Shown here: one piece after another, positions 52,678 through 64,000 of the stretch
Layout of the letters: each line of letters starts with the position of its first letter
How positions within the stretch are numbered: the stretch's first letter is position 1
NCBI GenBank assembly: GCA_039096225.1
Contig: JBBPEB010000027.1
Span: 992,001-1,056,000, forward strand
Direction of reading: 5' to 3'
DNA: 64,000 nucleotides
From: Blastocystis sp. Blastoise
Lineage: Eukaryota; Protista; Bigyra: Opalinata
Translations under genes and position numbers: made by a program
Notes under the pieces: model-generated
What the model was told of the DNA's origin: nothing
The model's input: the letters and a program-made list of their open reading frames with translations, nothing else
Database searches by the model: none

Positions 52678-55600
52678 ATGAATTCTCGTTGTTTAACGAC
52701 GTTAAAAAAATCATATAGAAAGCAACAAGGCAACGCTGTGTTACAAGAAAATGAACTTAATGAATTGAATCTAACAGATGAAGATTATGATGAGTATCCT
52801 GTCCTTAATGTTTCTTTAGAAAACCAACCTTCTTATTATGTAGATGATTATTTCTATATGTCTGATGATTCTGCATGCTTAGATCCTATTCAAGAAGTAA
52901 CTGATGTTGATTCTGATTCTTTAAATGATATAACAAGTCAATTGAGTTCTAGATTGGAAGAAACTCAGAATCCAGATCAACCCTCCTTTATTATGTGTAA
53001 TAGAACTCTTGATGATTATAGTGTAGTATATAATCAGAAAGTACAAGATACAACTAGAGTAATGAAAGAATTAACAAGTCATCCTAAGAAATTCTTTAAT
53101 GATTATCAAGATGATTGTTCTTCTTTAGTAGTTTTACGTGAATTCTGGAAGAGATCTCATAATAGACAAGATGATGAAGAGATGAATCCTTTTCAAGAAA
53201 GAAGAAAACGATATTATGATAGAGATGAAATTGATTCGGATACTGATAGTGATGATGATGATGATTTTGATGATTTAGAGACATTCACTAGAAGAGAATC
53301 GATTAGTTTTAGTGATATTTCTACATTATCGTTTAAAGATAAAAATAGTAAACAACATCATAATTCTAATAATGAAAATAATGATAGTGAATCTAATGAA
53401 GATGATGAAGATGATGATGAAGATGATGATGATGATCTCTTTCATATACGTAAACGAAGTAATTCTTTAACTCTCGTTACAAATGATAAAAGAAATTCGA
53501 TTTGTTTATCAACTACAAATAAATATAAAGATGAATTATTAAAGAATATGGATCAAGAAACATTTCCTGATCGTGATTCTATTATCATTCCTAAAATAAA
53601 TGATTCAATTCAAAGAATAAGTATAGATAATAGTATTGATAAAGAAATGAATGATATAGAGGAGAATAGTAAAGAAAATAAAACTCATAATATAGTAAAT
53701 AATAATATCCAAAATACTATAAATGATTCAAAGAATATAAATCCGATATTACGTTTTTCATTTGATAATGAATCCAATATATTTGCTCCAGATTTATTTA
53801 ATGATTCAGAACCATCTTCTCTTCATTCTTCTACTCGATCTTCTCTTATATCTAATAGGATGTCATTAAGAAATTCTATTCGAAATTCACTTATAAGAAA
53901 AAATAGTAATGATAATAATAATAATATTATAAATAGTAATAATTGTAATACTATTAATACCAATAATAACGATAATAATAATAATAATATTATAAATAAT
54001 GATATAATTAATACTCCTATTACTAATAATAATAATCCTATAAACCTTAATATAGATCCATTCTCCTCATCTACATTAATTCCTTCTTCTTTAATAAATT
54101 CTGATCAAACAGCAACTATATATCGTTCTTCTTTATCTCATTCACGTAAAAATTCTCTACTTAATAATGATATATCTTTAAAATCATCACGTCTCTCCTT
54201 ATCATCCTCTCATAGATCTTCTTTATCTCTATCCAATCGACAATCTCTTTCATTATCACGTCACCAATCATTCTCTTCTTCTCAACGACTGTCTTTATCA
54301 AATATACAACAAACGTTACTGTCCTCTTCACAACGATTATCAATCTCAAATTCTATTCGAAATTCTTCTATTACTCCAATGCATTCTCATTCAAGATCAT
54401 CTTCTTTTTGTATTGAAACAATTGATGGACCACTTCTTATTGATCCATTGGAATTAGATCTTGATACTAATGTTCATAATAAAAATAATTCTAAAGGAAT
54501 TAAATCTTCTTTTGATAATAATTATAGGAAAAGATCATTCTCAAATAATGATTCTCCTTATCCTTATACTACATCCTATAATTTATATCAAAATAATAAT
54601 ACATATAGTCCTAAAGAACAAAACAATAGTTCAACCAATCATTTACATTGCCGTACAAATTCATTTAAATTAGATTCTTCTTCATTACCTTTTCCACTTT
54701 TATCTCCTTCATCACCTGCTAAAGAACATTCTTTTTCTTCTTCAAATCAGATCAATTCATCTGTGGATTCAAATAAAAAACTAAATACTACTCTATTGTC
54801 TGATATCAATAATAATAAGAATACTGTAAATATAAATAGTAATATATCTAGCTATAATAATGAAGATTCTTATCATACAGAAGATACTACATTATATTTA
54901 GATAGTGATACATTAATTAATGAATCATTTCAGGATAATTCATCACAAATAGAAGATAATTCATTAAGTGATACATCTTCAGTTATTATTCATTCAAGTA
55001 ATCAATCAGATCCTTATTATACTTCTCTTCCTTCTTCAACTCTTGATGATAATCAATATTATCCTTTATACATGAATGAAAAAGGATCACAAATGAATAA
55101 TGATCAAAATCAATTCACTATTACTCAATCAAATAACTTTATGAAAAATGAATCGTATTTAGATTCAAATGATTGTTTAAATAATGAAAATGAAATAAAT
55201 ACTGATTCTATATCACAAGTTGATTTATATACTAGTTCTAATTCTAGAAAAAATTCACTGAATTCACTAAATTCATCTATTCCTGATTCACCTAGTCACA
55301 ATTCATCTATTCATGATTTACCTATTTATAATTCTTCTATTCATGATTCACCTATTCCTGATTCACCTACTCACAGTTCTTCTATTCATGATTCACCTAT
55401 TCCTGATTCACCTACTCACAATTCATCTATTCATGATTCACCTATTCCTGATTCACCTACTCACAATTCATCTATTCATGATTCACCTATTCAAACTCCT
55501 TCTCCTCCTCCTTCTATTGAATCTCTTTCAAAACATACATTTCCACAATTCTTGGAATCTCCTATTTTACCTAGAAAACAATCTATTTCTCGTTCTTCTT

Positions 55601-58431
55601 TAATAAAAAAGAATTCTTATTCAAAACAACAAAATGAATACAATATGAATAATACTATAAAACGACAGTATTTCTTATATAATAATCAGATTGATTATTT
55701 CAATATTCCAAGAGAAAGAAAATTATTATCATCTCTTATTGAACGTTGTGAAAACATTACGAAATCAAAGAATTCAATAAATACAAATAAAAAAGAACAA
55801 TTATATCCTTTCTATATTATATATAGACAAGAAGATGATGCTTATGAATCAAAAGATATAATTAAAAAAGTGTTATTATTACCTAATGAAAAAATAAAAG
55901 ATACAGAATCTATTATACAATCAGTTAATGTAAACAATTATTCAGTCATTAATTTTTTATTATATATGTATATGAAATCAAAATTATTACCTTTTCATCC
56001 TTATTTTTATTCTGAAAATGATACTTATTCATATACTTATTTACTTCCATATACAGTGACGAAATCTTTATTTCATTCATTGAAAACTCAATTACATTAT
56101 AAGCAATCACCTGTTGATGTAGAACAGGATTATATATATAGAAGAAGTATATCTACTAATAAAAACAATAAGAATAAAGAAAAGAACTCATTAATGATGA
56201 AAGAAAATGTAAAAGATTTAGAACAACAAAAAAGTGACAATGATAATAGTTATAGAGTAGATGAATCATTCAATGGAAGTTCTAAATATCAATATAAAGA
56301 TGATATATCTTTTCAAAAGGATTCTTTAAATGAGGTCGATAATGGTTGTAATAATAATAATAAAGATAATAAAGATAATAATAAAGATAATAAAGATATT
56401 AAAGATAATAATAATAATGAAAATAGTGTTAAAGATAAAGATAATAATTATAATAATAATATAGATAATTATAATAATAAAGATAATAATAATAATACTT
56501 ATGATACTCTACCGTTTCCTCGTATTTCTTTAATGTCTAATTCTCATTCAGATTTATTAGGAGATTCTAATCATTCTCTATCTCTTACTCCTCGTTATAT
56601 CAGTAATGATAATACTATATCTAATGAAATCAATAATACTATGAATGCAATTCCAAAAATTTCTTGTTTATCACAATTATCTATAGGATCCTTAGGGTCT
56701 TTTGATTTCTCTATATCACCATTTCCAATAGAGTCTCAAGTCTCAAATTCGTCATCATCTCTTTCTCCAATAATAATTAATCATGAAAATGATAATGAAA
56801 ATGATAATGAAAACGATAATGATAATGAAAATAATAATTATGATAATAATAATGAAAATAATAATAATGATAATGATAATAAAAATAATAATGATAATAA
56901 ACAAAATAATAATAATAATGATAATAATGATAATAATAATAATGATAAACATTCTAATAATGACACTATATCCTTAGAATTAAATTCTACTGATTTTTTA
57001 TCAAAAGAATTTGTTGATTCGACAATAGATGAAGCTTATCAAGATGTTTATGATTTAATTATAAAGGAGAATACTAATGATTATTCACGATGTTATTCAC
57101 TCCCACCTCATTTTAATAATACTCACTTTTATTATACTACAAATAAAAGTCAATTTTTATCAACAAAACCAATTATTCCTATATATGCTTTTTGTCCTTA
57201 TAGTATACATAGTGATAAACGATATATGAAACGAATATTCTTTCGTTTCTCTTCTTGCGCTCCTGTATTTATTTCTTCTTCTTCATATGAATATAGAAAT
57301 ATAAATACAAATGATTTTAATAATAATAATAATGAATGTGAAATTATGAATAATGAAAATGATGGCAATAGTATTAATAATAATAATAATAATATTAATA
57401 TTAATAATAAAAATAAATATAATAATAATAAATATAATAATAAATATAATAAATATAATAATAATGAATTAAATTCTAATGATGATTCTATGATTATGAT
57501 TTCTTCAACAGATAAAATGAATGTTGATAAAAATAATAATCAAGTATCACAATATTCATCAGATGATTGTTTATATAACTATTCTGATTCTTCTCTATAT
57601 GATTCAATAAAAATAAGATCTTTAAGTCCTGATCCTATTTATAGTGAACATCCATTATATAATTCTATAGATCAATTGAATATAGAAGGTGATGATGAAT
57701 ATGATTCTTATGATGAAGATATGTGTTGTCAATATGGATATACATTATTAGATAGTCCTCATGTAATTATTGTTCATGATTTTGAACCAAATAATCAAGA
57801 AAATAACTCTTTAAAAACAGATTTATCTTCTTCTAAGAAGGATAGTAATACTTGTAATAAAGAACAATTAGATACTAGTAATCAAGATATAAAGAATAAA
57901 TCATCAACAGAAATATTACAAGAAGATGAAGAAAATGATGATGAAGAAGATGATGATGAAGATGGAAACTGTTTAACTACTACATTTTCTTTTGATTATA
58001 ATACAAGTTATATTCATAAACATAAACATAAACATTATTCATTAGATTCTTCATATATCTCAAATTCTACTACTTCTTGCACATCAATGCCAACTCTTCA
58101 TTCATATATAAATAGAGGAAAACCTCGACGTTTTCTCAAAGGAACTAAAATGTCTTTTTTATATAATTCTGATGACGATCATTCTGATGATGAAAGTGAT
58201 AATAATAATAACGTTAATAATATTAATTATAATAGCAATTCTAATAATAATAATAAAAGTTCTTATTATAATACTACTACTAATTGGGGAAATGAAGATA
58301 TTTTCTATAAAGATATAGAAGATCAATATGAATATCATAATTATCTAGATGGCTATAGCTTAAAACCAGATAATGATGAATTATATATGCTATATTCTTA
58401 TAACTATAAAAAATATAAAGATGAATTTTAA
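52678..58431 (+). CDS. Intronless 1917-aa Ser/Asn/Asp-rich, probably disordered protein of unknown function
   Basis: 5.75-kb uninterrupted ORF in AT-rich DNA, with codon usage like the neighbouring genes; no recognisable globular domain. Confidence 0.8.
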   Translation: MNSRCLTTLKKSYRKQQGNAVLQENELNELNLTDEDYDEYPVLNVSLENQPSYYVDDYFYMSDDSACLDPIQEVTDVDSDSLNDITSQLSSRLEETQNPDQPSFIMCNRTLDDYSVVYNQKVQDTTRVMKELTSHPKKFFNDYQDDCSSLVVLREFWKRSHNRQDDEEMNPFQERRKRYYDRDEIDSDTDSDDDDDFDDLETFTRRESISFSDISTLSFKDKNSKQHHNSNNENNDSESNEDDEDDDEDDDDDLFHIRKRSNSLTLVTNDKRNSICLSTTNKYKDELLKNMDQETFPDRDSIIIPKINDSIQRISIDNSIDKEMNDIEENSKENKTHNIVNNNIQNTINDSKNINPILRFSFDNESNIFAPDLFNDSEPSSLHSSTRSSLISNRMSLRNSIRNSLIRKNSNDNNNNIINSNNCNTINTNNNDNNNNNIINNDIINTPITNNNNPINLNIDPFSSSTLIPSSLINSDQTATIYRSSLSHSRKNSLLNNDISLKSSRLSLSSSHRSSLSLSNRQSLSLSRHQSFSSSQRLSLSNIQQTLLSSSQRLSISNSIRNSSITPMHSHSRSSSFCIETIDGPLLIDPLELDLDTNVHNKNNSKGIKSSFDNNYRKRSFSNNDSPYPYTTSYNLYQNNNTYSPKEQNNSSTNHLHCRTNSFKLDSSSLPFPLLSPSSPAKEHSFSSSNQINSSVDSNKKLNTTLLSDINNNKNTVNINSNISSYNNEDSYHTEDTTLYLDSDTLINESFQDNSSQIEDNSLSDTSSVIIHSSNQSDPYYTSLPSSTLDDNQYYPLYMNEKGSQMNNDQNQFTITQSNNFMKNESYLDSNDCLNNENEINTDSISQVDLYTSSNSRKNSLNSLNSSIPDSPSHNSSIHDLPIYNSSIHDSPIPDSPTHSSSIHDSPIPDSPTHNSSIHDSPIPDSPTHNSSIHDSPIQTPSPPPSIESLSKHTFPQFLESPILPRKQSISRSSLIKKNSYSKQQNEYNMNNTIKRQYFLYNNQIDYFNIPRERKLLSSLIERCENITKSKNSINTNKKEQLYPFYIIYRQEDDAYESKDIIKKVLLLPNEKIKDTESIIQSVNVNNYSVINFLLYMYMKSKLLPFHPYFYSENDTYSYTYLLPYTVTKSLFHSLKTQLHYKQSPVDVEQDYIYRRSISTNKNNKNKEKNSLMMKENVKDLEQQKSDNDNSYRVDESFNGSSKYQYKDDISFQKDSLNEVDNGCNNNNKDNKDNNKDNKDIKDNNNNENSVKDKDNNYNNNIDNYNNKDNNNNTYDTLPFPRISLMSNSHSDLLGDSNHSLSLTPRYISNDNTISNEINNTMNAIPKISCLSQLSIGSLGSFDFSISPFPIESQVSNSSSSLSPIIINHENDNENDNENDNDNENNNYDNNNENNNNDNDNKNNNDNKQNNNNNDNNDNNNNDKHSNNDTISLELNSTDFLSKEFVDSTIDEAYQDVYDLIIKENTNDYSRCYSLPPHFNNTHFYYTTNKSQFLSTKPIIPIYAFCPYSIHSDKRYMKRIFFRFSSCAPVFISSSSYEYRNINTNDFNNNNNECEIMNNENDGNSINNNNNNININNKNKYNNNKYNNKYNKYNNNELNSNDDSMIMISSTDKMNVDKNNNQVSQYSSDDCLYNYSDSSLYDSIKIRSLSPDPIYSEHPLYNSIDQLNIEGDDEYDSYDEDMCCQYGYTLLDSPHVIIVHDFEPNNQENNSLKTDLSSSKKDSNTCNKEQLDTSNQDIKNKSSTEILQEDEENDDEEDDDEDGNCLTTTFSFDYNTSYIHKHKHKHYSLDSSYISNSTTSCTSMPTLHSYINRGKPRRFLKGTKMSFLYNSDDDHSDDESDNNNNVNNINYNSNSNNNNKSSYYNTTTNWGNEDIFYKDIEDQYEYHNYLDGYSLKPDNDELYMLYSYNYKKYKDEF
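55270..55495 (+). repeat. Coding 45-bp tandem repeat encoding NSSIHDSPIPDSPTH
   Basis: About 4-5 copies within the 1917-aa ORF. Confidence 0.85.
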
Positions 58432-59373
58432 TTATTTATTTATTTATTTTTTAATTATTTAAAATATTTTTTTTGTTATTTATTTGTCTTTTCTCTTCAT
58501 TTTCACTCAACTTTTTATATCTTATTTATTTTTTGTATTCATTTTTTATATCCTTTTTTATTCACTTTTATCTTTTTATTAGATTTTTTTTTATTTACAT
58601 TTTTAATTGTTTTTCATAATTATTTAGTTTTAATACGTTATTTTATATATTTTTTTAAATATAAAAACTTGCTTTTTTGATTTGTTTTTGTTTTATATGC
58701 TGTTTATTTATATATACAGGTTTTTGGATGAATGTATATGAATTCATTTATATATTGTTTACAATTCGAGCCCCGTTGAAGTTCTCTCTCTTTGTATTGT
58801 TAATACTCATCATATTTTTAAAACTCACATCATTCTCTTCCTTATTCTTTTAGTCATTTACGAATAAAATAATTATAAGCTTGTTTAAATATTAAAATTT
58901 ACATCAAAATAAAATATGGTTAGCCAGCCTGAATACTTTAACAACTCTTTTTCCTAAATAAATGTTATCAACATGAAAAACTGTGATAGTATTCATTTTC
59001 TTATTCATTATTCTATAATTAAATACTCTTACGAGATCGTAGAGTGTATTTTCTACACTAATATTTCTTATGAAACACATAAGTAAATATCATCATGTCA
59101 GAATATACAGTTTCAAAACTAACTAGTTTGATCTCATAACAATGATAGAGATGTGTATTTACAAAATACTATTTTTTTAGACAATAAAACACTTGGTTTC
59201 ATTATTTTTAGAATCATATATCCAGTTTAAAAAAGAAAGCAAACACATTTTCCTGAAAAATCTCTGGAAAATTTCTTAAGAATTTTTGTTTTTCTTTTTT
59301 CCGTAAAAAATATCATAATTATTTTGTTATACAAATCTATTATTAGTTAAAAGCAAATATTAATTTTATTGTT

Positions 59374-60368
59374 ATGAGTGAAAAAAGTATATATTCTATT
59401 CATATCTTTTCTTCATTCCATTGATTTTAACAATTTTAATTTGAATAGTTGGTGAATCAGAGTTATCGATGACTCAAAAGCTTTGCAATATTACTGAAGA
59501 GGCACATAGCTTATCTGAGAAATTGAAGAGTCTCCTTAGTAATGCTGAGCAAAATATCAATAATCCACAAAAATCTCTCTCTAAAGAGGACAAAAATAGA
59601 ATTCAAGAATTAGAGAATGAAGTATTGGCGTATAAAGCGCGTGAGTTTGAAGTTCAGAAACGTGAAGAAGTTTTGAATTCTCGTGAACAATTATTTGTTG
59701 ATAAAGAACAACAATTAGCAAAGATGAAGATGGCTAGTATTGAAATGATGTTTAATGATCCTTTGATTATATTTGATATGGAAGGTGTTAAATTGGCTTT
59801 TTCAACTGCTGATTTGAATCGTCAACCTGGCAATTTATTTTTAGAAAAATTAGAAGATAAAAATGTAACTCGTTTACCTGATGGTTCTATTCCTATTGAA
59901 GGAAATCCATTATATTCTCAGAATATAATATCTTATATAAAGAAAGGTGATGCTTTATTAGATAGTGTATATAGTAAAGAAGATCTTTTAACTGTATTTT
60001 TACAATTGAAATTATCTATTCCTTATTCTTTATATTCTGCTATTCATATGAATTCTGTACCTACTCATAAACAGCGATCTTCTTCTGTATCTTTAAGAAC
60101 AGATAATAATTCTGAAGAAATATCAAAAGAAATATCTCCTAAAATAATATCAAATCCTTCTATGTTTAGTTCATTACCTCAAATAAATACAAATAGTATT
60201 AATTCTTTAACATCTACTGGCATAACAACTTCTTCTTCTCCTGTTTCTAGTCCTACGCGTGCTTTTCGTTCTCAATCTCCTATTACGTCTTGGATATGTG
60301 TTTGTGGACATCTAAATACACAACGTCGTTGTACAAATTGTGGTGCAAGATTTACAGGGAAGAAGTAA
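59374..60368 (+). CDS. Coiled-coil + BTB/T1-like + C-terminal zinc-ribbon protein
   Basis: Exon 1 MSEK (59374-59386), intron 59387-59448; IIFDMEGVKLAFSTADLNRQPGNLF...DGSIPIEGNPLYSQNIISYIK (KCTD-like BTB); WICVCGHLNTQRRCTNCG. Confidence 0.7.
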
Positions 60369-61173
60369 TCGTATTATAATTATTATATATATACTTATAT
60401 ATATATATATATAATATTTATATTCTCCTTTTTTCTTATATATAAAATTCTAGTTTTTAGTATTATTTTTATTAATTTTTTTTTAAATAACTTTTTTTCC
60501 AGGTATTACTTTCTTTTATTAATTATTTCTAAAGATCATTTATTCATTTTATATATTTAAATATCATTATGTGAATTCTTTATTTATTTAATAATATATC
60601 TGCTAAGTAGAATTATTTGTATTTATTATATATATTAATTTATTTATCACACTCCTATAGATCAATATTTTTTTTTCCTTTACTTTTTCTATTTCATCCT
60701 TTAACTTGTTCTTTTTATAAATTTCATTAGTTTTATTTCGTCACTTTATAATCTATTTGTTTGTTATTTGTCATATAAAATACTATTTATATGTTTAAAA
60801 GAATTCTCGTGACTTTTACTATATGACCTTTTTATCATGCTGAAGCAAATATAATTCATATTCGTTTTGTCTGATCCACCTTTGAAACTTAATTACTATA
60901 TTATTATAATGGAAAAGAATCAACAATCATTGAATAGTTGTTGTTGATGTCATTGATTTTTTGTTATATGATTTCCTAGTTACTTATGTGAATATATAGT
61001 ATCATTTAAGTAAATAATCAATCATATTACGAAGAAATGATTAAAAAAAAGAAAATAATTTGTAATTACGGTTTTTTATTATTGAGTGAGTGTTTGTAGA
61101 GGGATTTACATGAATATTATAATAATAGTCTTTAAGTATTATTGTGTTTAATTCATGAATAGTGAGAGAAATA

Positions 61174-62331
61174 ATGAATGGATATCTTAGTACTCTTTTT
61201 CTACTCTTGATTAACATATTAATTTTTGCTGTTATTGTTAATTCATTACCCGTTGATACCCAAAATGAGAATATAAATGACATAGAATCTTCAGATAATA
61301 AAGAGAAAATAAGTGTAAGTGTAAGATAATTTATTTTATGAATAATTATGTATTTAGTTAAGTCAACATCATAATTATTCACATGAAAAGTATGTAATAC
61401 TTTTTTTTATTTGTTTATTATACGATACATACATATATGTATCTTTCTAGATTTATTTCTGTTCCTATGACAAAAGGAAATGTTCTAGCTTTGATAATTA
61501 TTGGTCTCTTATCTCTTTTAGGTACTTAATTTATCTAAATTTTTTTTATATAACTTCTTTAGGTGCGTTAAAATTATATCAAATGTTTTCTTATTCATCA
61601 TGTAATTGTCCTTTATGTAATGGTATATAAATTATTAAAAAAAATGTTTTTTTAAATAAATATTATATTCATGCATAGGAAAGTATATATTAGATGAATA
61701 TATATCTCAAGGTGGTTTTGGAAGTATATATAAAGTATATAACAAAAAAACAAATCAATATTATGCTTTGAAAATGATAAAAGTATATATTTTATATTTA
61801 TTATTTTTATTATATATTTTTTTTATGTATATTTAAATGAATAACTATACTATATTATTGTAACTATTATAAATATAGGTAGACGAGATATGTGATGCAA
61901 ATGAAGCACAATCAGAAGCAAAAAGACTTCGTGAATTAAATCATAATTATATTGTTTCTGTATATAATATATATTTAAATATTATTATTTATATATATAT
62001 GTATATAGTATTATGATGATTTTATTCATGAAGATACTACCTATATATCTCCTAATCTATCATCTCTATATGTATGTATTGTTATGGAATTATGTTCAAC
62101 TGTATATATATATATATATATATTATTTTATTATTTTTTTATTTATTACGCTCATTCTTATATTTATTATTCTTAGAATAATTCTATATATATAATTATT
62201 ATATATATATAGGATATAGAGACTTATTTATTAAATTTAGAAACGTATGTAGATGAGAATGAATTATATAAATATTCATATCAAATTATTTCTGCATTAC
62301 AATACTGTCATCAAAAAAATATTATTCACAG

Positions 62332-62365
<34 letters not shown>

Positions 62366-63245
62366 CAATTATTAAGAGTATTAAAACTATATTTCTTTTA
62401 ATTTTATGAATGATATATATATATATATTATTCTAGATATAAAACCTTCAAATATATTTATAAAAGAGAATAAATGTAAATTGGGTGATTTTGGACTCTC
62501 TACACAAGTGAAAAATAGCTATACTCTGTATATATATATAAACTATTACTATATGATTTATTATTATTATATGATTTATTATTATTATATGATTTATTAT
62601 TATTAATATATATATATAGTATTTCTGATGTTGGTACTTCTATATATAAAGCTCCTGAGACATTTTTAGGAGGAGAATATGATGGGAAGAAAGCTGATAT
62701 ATCCATATATATAATTATTTAATAATATATATAATTATTTTATTATATATATAATTATGTAATGATATATATAATTATGTCAATATATGTATTTCATTAT
62801 TTATTTCATTATACATTTTTCATTAAATAATATTTCATTATATATATCACAATATACACACTTAACTTCTTTACGTTTTTTCTCTTGGTTTATCATTATT
62901 ACAAATAATTGCAGATATTGATATTGAAAATGAAACGGAAGGAGGAATTCCCGCGGTTAAAGTATGTATAACAATCGAATTTAATACTAAGTCATCTTTC
63001 TCTATCCTATATATTAGTTATTTTTATTAATTATATTCTAAGATTATATATAGTTGTATATATATAACATTATCTATATATAGTTAATAACAACACCAAA
63101 TTATATAAATACATTAATATCATATATACCTACTCTATATACTGATAATATAACTATTATGTTTCAACATATGCTAGATCCATCACCACAAACTAGATAC
63201 TCTACAGAAGAACTTCTTCAATTCCCATGGTTATCTTCATCTTAA
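61174..63245 (+). CDS. Single-pass receptor-like Ser/Thr kinase (NEK/CAMK-like domain), multi-exon, with an AT-AC intron
   Basis: Signal peptide MNGYLSTLFLLLINILIFAVIVNS; short ectodomain; TM VLALIIIGLLSLLGAL; SQGGFG, ALK, HRDIKPSN, DFG, YKAPE, KAD|VFSLG, LDPSPQTR; TAA 63243-63245. Confidence 0.88.
62699..62874 (+). other. U12-type (minor spliceosome) AT-AC intron
   Basis: 5' ATATCCAT, branch ACACTTAAC 62858-62866, 3' TTAC|. Removal restores kinase subdomain IX KAD-VFSLG in frame. Confidence 0.88.
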
Positions 63246-64000
63246 TGATTTCATTCCTATTTCTACTATTCTTAAGAATATCTTTTTTTTCTTCAACCTA
63301 TTTTTTAATAGAATTATTGATTTCATAAAAAAATTTCTTCTTTCTTTTCAATTTTTATTCGCAATAATATCTAGTTTTTCTTGCTACTTTCTGTCTTTTA
63401 ACCTCTATTCTCTCAATATTAAATAATAATTTTACTTGTGTCTTGATTTTCCATAATTTAAATGAAACCCTGTATCAATCATACTTTTTATTTCATAAAA
63501 ACTAGTATCTGCCATAACCTACCCCAGAAAATCTTTGTCCTTTATAGGTATGATCTCCAAAGAACAAAGAATAATCCTGATTATATTAAGAAAAACGCAT
63601 GAAAAGTGGATTTCTCCGCAAAAATAGTTTTATTGACTTTTCATGGTTATAACAAAACACGAAAAATCATGGTCTTATTACAATAACTGTCCGGAAAATT
63701 CTAGTACAAGACAGTCTACAAATAAATAATAAAACGATACTAAAGAAATATATAATTATAAATATATATAATAATACATCAGAAAAGATTAATAAAACAT
63801 AAATACATAATAGTTGGCAACATATAATAACTAGTTTCTTTCTTCATCTTTTGTTATAAGTGATAATTACAATAAATGATGGATCAAAATATTCAATCAA
63901 CGAACTGCTATTCACTTAAAGACTCAACATCAAGTAGTAAATGCTATATATATAGTTAAAATAATTATATTATAAAAAACGAAAATTCTAATTAGAGATT

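Noticed and set aside
63300-63950. Slightly GC-richer, coding-like sequence after the kinase (possible decayed gene or element)
   Set aside because: The frames I translated contain stops and no motif or terminal repeat was recognisable.

Overview
Very AT-rich (roughly 20% GC by eye, not computed), gene- and intron-dense eukaryotic nuclear DNA using the standard code. Gene content (type I PKS, divergent legumain, BTB/TLDc family member, He_PIG/discoidin surface protein, mitochondrial-type Cpn60) suggests an anaerobic stramenopile of the Blastocystis type; this assignment is inference. Manual splicing gives 18 protein genes and 1 pseudogene: PKS (runs off the left edge), MGRN1/LOG2-like RING E3, Sds3-like, AKTIP-like inactive E2, a conserved unknown, RPP38/L7Ae-like, legumain, TLDc pseudogene, TYW1, EXO70, fRMsr/MsrC, a type II membrane protein with phage-structural-protein-like motifs, a giant surface protein, an SLC35/TPT transporter, HSP60, a GOLD protein, a 1917-aa low-complexity protein, a BTB/Zn-ribbon protein and a receptor-like kinase. 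Most short ORFs in the track are intron or microsatellite artefacts. Highlights: (1) a GC-rich quasi-palindrome TCCCRYGGGA written repeatedly into coding DNA through rare synonymous codons; (2) a U12-type AT-AC intron in the kinase; (3) a 1296-bp non-autonomous hAT transposon (73-bp TIRs, 8-bp TSD) in a bidirectional promoter next to a pseudogene; (4) (TA)n tracts at both ends of many introns; (5) an HSP60 start codon split by an intron.
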